A stretch of 64,000 bases of DNA from positions 292,586 to 356,585 of the forward strand of contig NIVC01001111.1 in the NCBI GenBank assembly GCA_002269645.1, in the 5' to 3' direction. A program made the translations under genes and the position numbers. This DNA is from Macrostomum lignano (taxonomy: Eukaryota). The notes under the pieces are model-generated. The model did not search any database. It saw only the letters and a list, made by a program, of their open reading frames with translations, and had not been told where the DNA came from. This document shows, piece by piece, positions 50,901-61,700 of this stretch (the first letter of the stretch is position 1; the number at the start of each line of letters is the position of its first letter).

Positions 50901-52959
50901 TGGCGGAGGCTTCGGCAGCGTTGGAGCCAGCGAGACGGTGATCGCCTGCCTGTCGGCCATGCTGCTGTTGCTGGGCGCCGCAGTGGTGATCATCGTCTGC
51001 GTGCTGGTCAGGCGCAGGCCCGAGCACAAATGCCGGCGGTCATCAGACGTTGTTGAAGATGTCTTGGCGCCTGGAGCGGCTTTGGCAGCGGCATCGCTGT
51101 GTGATGGGGCTTCCTCACTGGATGCCGGGCAGTTTGGTGAGTGTCCAGGGCCTGATGGTGAGTGTCCAGGGCATGATGATGAGTGTCCAGGGCCTGATGG
51201 TAAGTGTCCAGGGCGTGATAGTGAGTGTCCATGTCGACGGATTGTAGCCTAGTGGTTAGATCGTCGGACTCACGACTGAAAGACTGAAAGGTCGGGGGTT
51301 CGATTCTCGACCCACTCGGAACAATTGAGCAAGACACTTAACTCTACATTGCTTCAGTTCACCCATCTGTAAAATGGGTGCCAGCATTAGCTGGGGTAAT
51401 TGAGGGTGTGTGGCGACCCCCCAGTCCTTGGACTGAACAGCCGTACGCAGCCTTCAGATGCGCCGCGCAATAGCTGCGGTTGAGCTGTCGGTTGCACGTC
51501 TGCCCATTAGGACAGGTGTAGTCCATTAGTACCATTAATTATTATTATGGCATGATGGTGAGTGTCCAGGGCATGTAAGGCATGTACACTCTCTGTGCCT
51601 TGGAGGTTGGCCCGCATGGGTTTGGATCTCATGAAAATCCCCAAGTAAATGTGGAATCGAACCAGACGCGTCTACCGCTGAGCTGCTTTGCCCCCCCCCC
51701 CCCCCAGTTCATGGCACGACGGCGCGTGTCCATGGATGATAAGAACTCAGAACATGCTTATGGGAGCAGAAAAATGGTGACGAAAACATTGCAGAGATGA
51801 ACTCGATCAGCACCAAGATGATACCTGCGTTTCCTTACGATCGCGCAGTTACGGAAAGCTACCAGGACTACCCGGACTGGGCGGAGGTGATTTTCCTGCC
51901 TGTTGTTTTCATATTATTACAGCACTCAGACAAATAGTTTGCCCATTTCTTATCCCTGCAGGACGATTTCGATACCTCCAAGTCCAACGGCATGCGCCTA
52001 AAATTACCTGGTACTGCAGTTTATACAGCTCACAGACGAGCCACAACTGACAGAAATGCGGGCAGTAGGTACTACACCACTAGTCCTGCTATTGGTGAGA
52101 CTGGAATTTTAATAACACATTTATATGTGGTGCTTAAATATAATTTCTATCAGACGTCATTCCAACAATAAGTAGTCACAGCTTGACTCCCATGTGAGTG
52201 ATGTACGACTACATGGTTTATGATTCCTGCCTGACAGCTTGAGTCCCCTTAAGCTACTCAATTTACTTGTAAGGTTGTATTGTCGCAAAACAAACATTCT
52301 GCCTGCCAATAGAGTGCTATTTTTAGAGTAACAGTCTGACGAGATCATTGCGTGATTCTCCCTGACTCACTTCCTCTTCTCTAATTTGCACGCTCTATCA
52401 TTGACATAGCTTCTTTCGGCTAGCAAGTTTCAAATTATGTTTTCTTCGTCAGCCTAAGGAAGCAACTACTAGCGCCACTCGTAGTTTGTTGTTGATAGGG
52501 CAGTGAATATCGACTTTAGCAAGTGTTCAATACGCTGTGTACTTTAATACTGTGAAGCTCTTGTAAGTAAGATTGAGTGAGAGAATTTACTACTTGCAAG
52601 TAGTTTAATGTAGGAAGAAGGCATAAAAAACTTTCTCTTTCTCAAAATTTTAACCGCGACGCTCTGCCTGCCCAGCAGGCTCGAATTCCGAGTACCAGTC
52701 GCTGGACGCGCCCAGGCTCCGTTTCCCCTGGCAACCAATGGGCAGTGCCGAGGCCCCGGCCCGGCTGCTGCACCTCGGCGGACTTCGCGCAAATCCCGAA
52801 CTGGCCGACTCTGGCGCCGCTGCAGCCTCCGCAACGCTACCAAGGAATTTCCGTCGCCGAGCTGACCACAACGACCAGGTGGACAAAACTGCCTCTGTTT
52901 ACTTCCGGCTGGCCCGCCGAAGGCCGCTCTGTCCCTTCAATGAGGCCAGCTTTGTATGA
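44949..52959 (+). CDS. Protocadherin with 7 cadherin repeats, TM and cytoplasmic tail; exons 44949-45271, 46156-46807, 47021-47353, 48084/7-48348, 49686-50121, 50340-51136, 51795-51886, 51962-52064, 52676/9-52959
   Basis: Signal peptide; IDRE/LDRE/LDYD motifs and linkers DINDCAP, DINDHSP, DRRDEPP, DVNDSPP, DVNDNTP, DVNDNAP; TM VIACLSAMLLLLGAAVVIIVCVLV; phase-consistent joins (last three exons less certain). Confidence 0.92.
45296..45895. repeat. 21-bp minisatellite (GTGTCTAGCCAATCTGCCTCT), ~28 units, protocadherin intron 1
   Basis: Starts ~24 nt after the donor at 45272. Confidence 0.97.
46845..46946. repeat. 16-bp repeat (GGATGTAGAGGAAGGC), short array in protocadherin intron 2
   Basis: Same unit as 48472-48888. 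Confidence 0.88.
47358..47665. repeat. 23-bp minisatellite (GCTCAGAGTGATCAGTGCTCACT), ~13 units, protocadherin intron 3
   Basis: Starts 4 nt after the donor GT at 47354. Confidence 0.97.
48472..48888. repeat. 16-bp minisatellite (GGATGTAGAGGAAGGC), ~26 units, protocadherin intron 4
   Basis: Direct inspection. Confidence 0.97.
49060..49260 (+). mobile_element. Possible transposase C-terminal fragment (MULE-like) in protocadherin intron 4
   Basis: GC-rich coding-like stretch RNQRFQRVAATY...HPLLTYLHGFTYAY, resembling the L-x-YL-x-G C-terminal motif of invertebrate MULE transposases; no catalytic core visible. Confidence 0.3.
51137..51230 (+). repeat. 21-bp tandem repeat whose unit begins with the splice donor (GTGAGTGTCCAGGGCCTGATG)
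   Basis: Units at 51137, 51158, 51179, 51200, 51221; remnant at ~51550-51577. Confidence 0.93.
51239..51548 (+). mobile_element. Meta/CORE-type tRNA-derived SINE
   Basis: GGATTGTAGCCTAGTGGTTAG A-box, GGTTCGATTCTC B-box, TTGAGCAAGACACTTAACTCT..CTGTAAAATGGG domain, (TTA)n tail; homologous to 17745-18130. Confidence 0.82.
51578..51700 (-). mobile_element. SINE family A partial copy
   Basis: Reverse complement has GCAGCTCAGCGG head, GGTTCGATTCC B-box and core up to GTGTACATGCC. Confidence 0.72.
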
Positions 52960-52995
52960 TACCCGCCTCGTGCTGGTGTTCTCAGAATTAGGGTA

Positions 52996-53330
52996 CAACC
53001 CCACAGTCCTACCCCTGCCCAACCCCACAGTCCTACCCCTGCCCAACCCCACAGTCCTACCCCTGCCCAACCCCACAGTCCTACCCCTGCCCAACCCCAC
53101 AGTCCTACCCCTGCCCAACCCCACAGTCCTACCCCTGCCCAACCCCACAGTCCTACCCCTGCCCAACCCCACAGTCCTACCCCTGCCCAACCCCACAGTC
53201 CTACCCCTGCCCAACCCCACAGTCCTACCCCTGCCCAACCCCACAGTCCTACCCCTGCCCAACCCCACAGTCCTACCCCTGCCCAACCCCACAGTCCTAC
53301 CCCTGCCCAACCACACAGTCCTACCTAACC
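52996..53330. repeat. 24-bp C-rich minisatellite (AACCCCACAGTCCTACCCCTGCCC), ~13 units
   Basis: Starts ~35 nt after the protocadherin stop codon. Confidence 0.96.
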
Positions 53331-55735
53331 CCACCCACCCCACATTAAAACTCCTAACCGCTGAAAATATCAAAGCAAACTCACTTTTCTCTCACTCGCA
53401 CTATAAACCCTCATTAAGTCAAAAACCACTTCCATTCCAACGGAAAAAGTTTTTAATTACATGTAGTCGTACCTTTTAGCGAGGGAAATCCAATATGCAG
53501 AATTCGATCGAGCTCAAATATTGCTTTAATTACACTACAAACGTTTAAACCTGCATTGAGCAGATCCCAAATTGTTGATGAATTGTTACTTTAAAACCAC
53601 TGGGACCAAAACCTTATGTACTTGTACCGCATTCGCAATAATATTGCTGCTAAACCATGTTCCATTATGGCCGTGAACTTGAATTGATTCATAAATTTGT
53701 TGTTTGAAATTCGGCCCCATAGTTTCATTAGCACTCCTAAATTACATGGAGTAGTGTTACACTCCTTTTGTTAGACTAGACAAGTTTGGCTAGTCCAAAA
53801 ATTGCACAAAAAATGTCTATAATTCCCATCTATTGTGTCCAGTTTTTTCAAATTTAACAATCTTCTTTGGCATTCGAATCCCGCCTTCATAAAAATCGCT
53901 TCGGTGAATTGAAATTCTTAAAGACTGACCTCAATTCTTACTACTCGAGATGTTCTACATGTACAATAGTTATTTAAACTTTTAACCTTTGTTTACATAA
54001 ATTATAACCTACCTCCAAGCAGTGTCAGTCCTTAACCCCATTTGTTGGTTTAATTTTATAAACATAAAATTAAAATGCGGAGCTTATGTACGTGCTTTTT
54101 GTGCATCGATCTGCTTTTATTGATTTTCATCCTGTTATTACGTAGTTTAGGAAAGGATCGTGGCTTTCAAATATTTTTGACGGTACATTACTTGCTTCAA
54201 TCAATTTGAATTTCTTTACTACAAACTGGCTCTTTACTCATAAAATAATTTTTCTTGGATACTGTCGAGGATTAACCTTTAGACTCTTTTTATTGAGAAA
54301 AAATCGATGGACAATCAAACTAACAAGCAAATATCGTTACATTCAAATTTTTGAACCCGACCTTAATAACTTTAATTTTAGCGTGTACACTGTACGAGCG
54401 AATACACGAGGTGATCAATGCGTAGCAAAAATGAATATTTTCGTTGTCAATGTCATCCTTGGTATAAAAAAGTTAACTAACTTGACATGTTAATTTCTTT
54501 CAAATCCGCAGGAAAAAAACTAGCCATTGTCGACTTACATTTAAGAGCTGATATTCTGGACGCAAGTTGGAGGTATAAATTTTAAACAGCACGTCTATTT
54601 CATATCACTGTACACTACGAGCGTACGTAAATACACGTAGAATTGGCATTTGGTAGCCAGTATCCATGAAATACATGAGGGTACGTTTTGACGACGTTTG
54701 AAAAAGAGGGTTTGCATATTAGATACCTTTTTTCTGAAGCAATTACTGAATAGAATTTGATAATTGATTTTCGCGCATTCATGATTCAACTAATGTTGTT
54801 TTTTCTTAAAATTGTTTCCAATCTAATGTCCAATTGTTTAAAATTCACGTGATGCCTTAATCATAAGTCTCTGTACAAGACAAAAGCCTTAAAGTCTAAA
54901 AAATTAATATAATTCGTTGATTTTGTATTTCTACGATTTGTACTATAATTTATAATGTTCTTAGTCATAATTTTTCTAAAATCGATCGCGCACACATGCA
55001 CACACATACCGACAAACCATTTTTATTGAATGATAGATGAGATCAAATTTCGGAAGTATTTTTAATGCAATCAAATGTGCAGTAATTTAATGCTTTAAAT
55101 TACATTGTCAATATGCAGTGTGACTTTTTCGGTCGAAATTCAGTAACTGAAATTTCAATAATCATATATTTATATAAATTTAGCCGGCAGGCGGCAGCTA
55201 CATGTAGTATGCATTATATTGAAAATGTTGTTTTCTTTCGCAGGTTGCCACGATAATAAAAAACGGTTTAAACAAAGTATACAGAAAAAAATTAAGAACA
55301 GCTTAAGCTAAGGACGACTTTATGCATTTTTATTTTGTATAATTAGTAATAAAGTTTCTGACGCTTGCATATAATGCTACGGACACTGACGCGTTGGCTT
55401 CAATGCTTCCTTTTATATTTCGCGTCTTTTTGAAATTTATTTGAAATAAAAAAATGATTTTTAAACAATACAATACATAACGAATCGGTGTCCACTGATC
55501 GTCCTTGGTTATTCAGTTGTACCTAGTAAGCACTGCGTATTGATCTAAGCCATCAGATCGGATCGGCTCTAGACTATAGCAGAACCTCTGAAGTGTCTCA
55601 TTGGTTGGGTTAGATTGCATTAGCTACAGCCTACAATGCTTGATTTACGTTTCCAATTTATAAGTCTATGACGCAATATGTTTTATATTTAACTTGAAAA
55701 CCGTACTGAGTTACAGCCGATGTACCATTTTAAGC

Positions 55736-58700
55736 ATGGAAACATTACGTAGAATTTTTGGGCTTCGAAAGGAAACCAGTCCTTCAGATATCAAAAAGAG
55801 TGGCATTGAATGTATTGTTCAATGTCTAGACGAAGGAAAAGCAACTATTAATTTACCTGTAAGTCATTTTCTTTGATACATGGCCCTATTAAAGTTATGT
55901 TGAATTCCATATGTGGTTCTTAGCTTTTTGAGTCAGTAGCCGAGCTGTTTTTTCTACTTTAGATATTTTAGACATTTGAATGATTGTGTCCTAGAAATAT
56001 AATAAATTATTTATTATATTTAATTTCCAACATTAGAATTAAAATTATAATTTGATAAAAAATCAAGGCTAGTTAATATAGTTTTCCTGTGGTATAAGTT
56101 AAATATAGGTAAATTAAGGACATTAGCCTAAATTTTAAAATGAAGAGATATATTTTATTAAAGTAGTAGGAAAAACTATTTTTAGATAATTTATACTTCA
56201 TTTAAAAATAATTATAAAATAAAATTCTTCAAATATACAAGGTATACTTCCATGTGTTCTATAGCAACTAATGAGTTTTAAGTATTATGAATTGTTTTAT
56301 TATTTTATTAGAGTATCTATTATAACTTTCATCTTTTTGACAGAAAACATGCCTTGCCAGTGAGCTCTATGATAGAGTCTACAAAGAGCTAGACTTCCAA
56401 TGTGAACATGACTATTTTGCTTTGCAATTCACGGACTTTCATGGCATCAGGCATTGGCTAGATCCAACTAAAGAGTTACGGCGCCAGATTAATAAGCGAA
56501 TGCGTGAGTTTTGCTTCTTGACTTACCTTATCTATTGCTAATAATATAGCAAATTGTAATTTAAACATTTTATTACCTAAACCAGAATATATACTAGCTA
56601 TATGAATGTGGAAAGGCAAAATAATTCAAAACTAAATAGTTTTGACCTAGTTTTTGATTGCCTATGACCAAAGCTATCCTTGACCCAAATTGTCCATGAC
56701 CCAAACTTTCCATGACCCAAACTATCCATGACCAAAACTATCCATGACCTAAACTATCCATGACTAAAACTATCCATGACCCACCCAAACTTTCCATGAC
56801 CAAAGCTATCCATGATCCAAATTGTCCATGACCCAAACTGTCTTTGACCCAAACTATCCATGACCCACCCAAACAGTCCATGACCGAAACTGTCCATGAC
56901 CCAAACTTTCCATGACACAAACTATCCATGACCAAAACTGTCCATGACCCAAACTATCCATGACCCAAACAGTCCATGACCCAAACTATTCATGACCCAA
57001 ACTGTCCATGACCCAAACTTTCCATGACCCAAACTATCCATGACCAAAACTATCCATGACCCACCCAAACTTTCCATGACCAAAGCTGTCCATGACCCAA
57101 ACTTTCCATGACCAAAGCTGTCCATGATCCAAATTGTCCATGACCCAAACTGTCCATGACCCAAACTATCCATGACCGAAACAGTCCATGACCCAAACTG
57201 TCCATGACCCAAACCAGTCCTATCAAAATGGGGCATCAAAGGGCAATCAAAGTAATATTTGCATAAGTTACCACACTGTTTTAGCTGGTCCTCCGTTCAC
57301 ATTCCGCTTTCTGGTAAAGTTCTATTCTAGCAGCCGGACAACTATTTGAAAGAAGAGCTGACTCGGTGAGATAATGTGTATAAATTGTATAAATAAATAT
57401 CTAGTTACATTTTGTCACTCATGGACATTGTATATTAAAAACCTGCCGACTTTTCCCCAGCTACTTGTTTGTCCTGCAACTGCGTTCGGATATTCGAGAT
57501 GGCCGGCTTGTTTGCCGAGACGAGGCCAAGGCGGCCGAACTAGCGGCTCTGGTTATACAAGGTGAGGCCCTGCTGCCAGGGTATAGTAGCTGGGAGTGCT
57601 TGAGTGGAGGACTGAAGTGTTTTTGGGTTGGTAAAAGTACTCTTTAAGGATTATTATTATTAGCAAAAGTACACTGAATTTTTTATTTAGCAAGAGTTTA
57701 TTTAAGTGCTGCGCGTCAGTAAAATTATACCGAAAGCCTAGATAATTAAATAAAGTACACTGAAGGTCTGAAGGATTAGCAAAAGTACACTGAAAGTCTG
57801 GAGGCTTAGCAAAAGTACACTGAAAGTCTGGAGGATTAGAAAAAGTACACCGAAAGTCTGGAGGCTTAAGCAAAAGTACACTGAAAGTCTGGAGGATTAG
57901 CAAAAGTACACTGAAAGTCTGGAGGTTTATTTAAAGTACATTGAAATTCTGATGGATTAGAAAAGTACACTGAAAGTCTGGAGGCTTAGCAAAAGTACAC
58001 TGAAAGTCAGGAGGTTTATTTAAAGTACATTGAAAGTCTGATGGATTAGAAAAGTACACTGAAAGTCTGGAGGTTTATTTAAAGTACATTGAAAGTCTGA
58101 TGGATTAGAAAAGTACACTGAAAGTCTGGAGGCTTATTTAAAGTACATTGAAAGTCTGATGGATTAGAAAAGTACACTGAAAGTCTGGAGGCTTAGCTAC
58201 GAGTAAAATACAATAAGAGACGCCGGCTACCAAAAGTACTCTAAAGATCTGGGGGTAGCATATAAGTAACACTAAAAGTGTACGGGAGCTAGCAAAAGTA
58301 CGAGTACACCAGAGAATCGGGGGTACATCAGTAACCAAATGTAATCCAATTTAAGTCTAATGTAACCAAATGTAACCAAGCGCTGCTTAACCAATCCCAA
58401 ATGTAAGAAATAACCTTTCCGCTCCCATTCGCAGCGGAAGAGGACGACTACGACCCCCTGAGACACACGCCCGGCTTCGTGTCTCAGTTCAAATTCCTGC
58501 CAGACCGACAACAGACAGAAGCGTTCGAGCTGCGAGTGCTGGACGAGTACAGGAAGCTGGCGTGAGTGGCTCTTTGCCTTATCAGCTGTTTGTACATATC
58601 TGAAATTGGTTCTGTTTATTTACTGTCTTCAAATCTGTTTTTAGTAACAGAAACCTATCGCCGGCCCTGTGCGAGCGGATGTACCTGAGTAAAGTGAAGA

Positions 58701-61700
58701 ACTGGGAGAACTATGGAGTCGATATGCACACTGTTTCGGTTAGTAACTCATTGCTCACTACATTGTTTATTTCGTTTTAATTCGTTTGTTTTATAGTTAC
58801 ATTTTTATCAGTGAGTTATGGGCTATTCCACAATTTAGTCATGAACTGTTCCATAATTGAGTCATGAACTTTTCCATAATTGAGTCATGGACTGTTCCAT
58901 AATTGAGTCATGAACTGTTCCATAATTGAGTCATGAACTTTTCCATAGTTGAGTCATTAACTGCTCCATAATTGAGTCATTAACTGCTCCATAATTGAGT
59001 CATGAACTGTTCCATAATTGAGCCATGAACTGTTCCATAATTGAGTCATTGACTTCCATAATTGAGTCATTGACTGTTCCATAATTGAGTCCTGGGGTGT
59101 TCCATAATTGAGTCATGAACTTTTCCATAATTGAGTCATGGACTGTTCCATAATTGAGTCATGAACTGTTCCATAATTGAGTCATGAACTGTTCCATAAT
59201 TGAGTCATTAACTGTTCCATAATTGAGTCATGAACTTTTCCATAATTGAGTCATTAACTGCTCCATAATTGAGTCATTAACTGCTCCATAATTGAGTCAT
59301 GAACTTTTCCATAATTGAGTCATGAACTGTTCCATAATTGAGTCATTGACTGTTCCATAATTGAGTCCTGGGGTGTTCCATAATTGAGTCCTGGGGTGTT
59401 CCATAATTGAGTCATGAACTTTTCCATAATTGAGTCATGGACTGTTCCATAATTGAGTCATGAACTGTTCCATAATTGAGTCATGAACTGTTCCATAATT
59501 GAGTCATGAACTGTTCCATAATTGAGTCATGAACTTTTCCATAATTGAGTCATTAACTGCTCCATAATTGAGTCATTAACTGCTCCATAATTGAGTCATG
59601 AACTGTTCCATAATTGAGTCATGAACTGTTCCATAATTGAGTCATTGACTGTTCCATAATTGAGTCCTGGGGTGTTCCATAATTGAGTCATGGACTGTTC
59701 CATAATTGAGTCCTAGGGTGTTCCATAATTGAGTGATGAACTGTTCCATAGTTGAGTCATGGATTGTTTTATTAACCAACCTGTGTGTTTTATGAGCGAA
59801 TTTCCAGTGAGCCGACACTTTCCTGGAAAATGCCGGTCTAAAGTGTAACCCTAACCCAACTTTATAGCACGTAAAGCGCAATTGCTGCAAAAATTCAGTA
59901 ACGAGTTAAAAAAACCAGGCCTTTCTCAGAACTGTCTAACCGTCTTATATTTTGCGTACATCTGTCTGTCTGCCAGCTGCTAATCTCTTATCTCTGTTGG
60001 CAAAAGGTGTCTCTTTTTTGTAGAATAAAAAAACTAACACTGATACGTTTGCACACGCGCTCTCCTTGGACGAAAGCAGTGCAGTCAGTTTTATTTCGGT
60101 CGTTTGTCCCCTCACGAATTCTGTTCTTGTTTGTGTCGTAATTTTTCGGCAGTTGTGTAAAAGCAGTTTCAACGGGCTTCTTCTGGCCTCTTCTGAATCT
60201 GTTAATACTGTAAAAGGCATGAAATAAACTCGTAATTCTACGAAGTCTTACTTCGTAAAGGATTGTAGCTTAGAGAGGGGGTTGTAGCCTAGTGAGGGGA
60301 TTGTAGCCTAGTGAGGGGTTGTAGCCTAGTGAGGGGTTGTAGCCTAGTGAGTGGGTTGTAGCCTAGTGAGGGGGTTGTAGCCTAGTGAGGGGTTGTAGCC
60401 TAGTGAGGGGGTTGTAGCCTAGTGAGGGGGTTGTAGCCTAGTGAGGGGTTGTAGCTAGTGAGGGGTTGTAGCCTAGTGAGGGGTTGTAGCCTAGTGAGGG
60501 GTTGTAGCCTAGTGAGGGGTTGTAGCCTAGTGAGGGGTTGTAGCCTAGTGAGAGGGTTGTAGCCTAGTGAGGGGTTGTAGCCTAGTGAGGGGTTGTAGCC
60601 TAGTGAGGGGTTGTAGCCTAGTGAGGGGTTGTAGCCTAGTGAGAGGGTTGTAGCCTAGTGAGGGGTTGTAGCCTAGTGAGAGGGTTGTAGCCTAGTGAGG
60701 GGTTGTAGCCTAGTGAGGGGGTTGTAGCCTAGTGAGAGGGTTGTAGCCTAGTGAGGGGTTGTAGCCTAGTGAGAGGGTTGTAGCCTAGTGAGGGGTTGTA
60801 GCCTAGTGAGGGGTTGTAGCCTAGTGAGGGGTTGTAGCCTAGTGAGGGGTTGTAGCCTAGTGAGGGGTTGTAGCCTAGTGAGGGGTTGTAGCCTAGTGAG
60901 GGGTTGTAGCCTAGTGAGGGGTTGTAGCCTAGTGAGGGGTTGTAGCCTAGTGAGGGGGTTGTAGCCTAGTGAGAGGGTTGTAGCCTAGTGAGGGGTTGTA
61001 GCCTAGTGAGGGGGTTGTAGCCTAGTGAGAGGGTTGTAGCCTAGTGAGGGGGTTGTAGCCTAGTGAGAGGGTTGTAGCCTAGTGAGGGGTTGTAGCCTAG
61101 TGAGAGGGTTGTAGCCTAGTGAGAGGGTTGTAGCCTAGTGAGGGGTTGTAGCCTAGTGAGAGGGTTGTAGCCTAGTGAGGGGTTGTAGCCTAGTGAGGGG
61201 TTGTAGCCTAGTGAGGGGTTGTTGTAGCCTAGTGAGGGGTTGTAGCCTTGTAGCCTAGTGAGGGGTTGTAGCCTAGTGAGGGGTTGTAGCCTAGTGAGAG
61301 GGTTGGGTTGTAGCCTAGTGAGGGGTTGTAGCCTAGTGAGGGGTTGTAGCCTAGTGAGGGGTTGTAGCCTAGTGAGGGGTTGTAGCCTAGTGAGGGGTTG
61401 TAGGGTTGTAGCCTAGTGAGGGGGTTGTAGCCTAGTGAGGGGGTTGTAGCCTAGTGAGAGGTTTGTAGCCTAGTGAGAGGGTTGTAGCCTAGTGAGGGAG
61501 TTGTAGCCTAGTGAGAGGTTGTAGCTAGTGAGGGGTTGTAGCCTAGTGAGGGGGTTGTAGCCTAGTGAGGGGTTGTAGCCTAGTGAGGGTTGTAGCCTAG
61601 TGAGAGGGTTGTAGCCTAGTGAGGGGTGTAGCCTAGTGAGGGGGTTGTAGCCTAGTGAGGGGTTGTAGCCTAGTGAGGGTTGTAGCCTAGTGAGGGGTTG

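Noticed and set aside
57314-57330. 17-nt GT-AG mini-intron that would restore the FERM frame
   Set aside because: Would delete the conserved VKFYS residues and is far below typical metazoan intron size; a 1-nt deletion is simpler.
59846-59856. Telomere-like CCCTAA motif
   Set aside because: Isolated occurrence, no tandem array.
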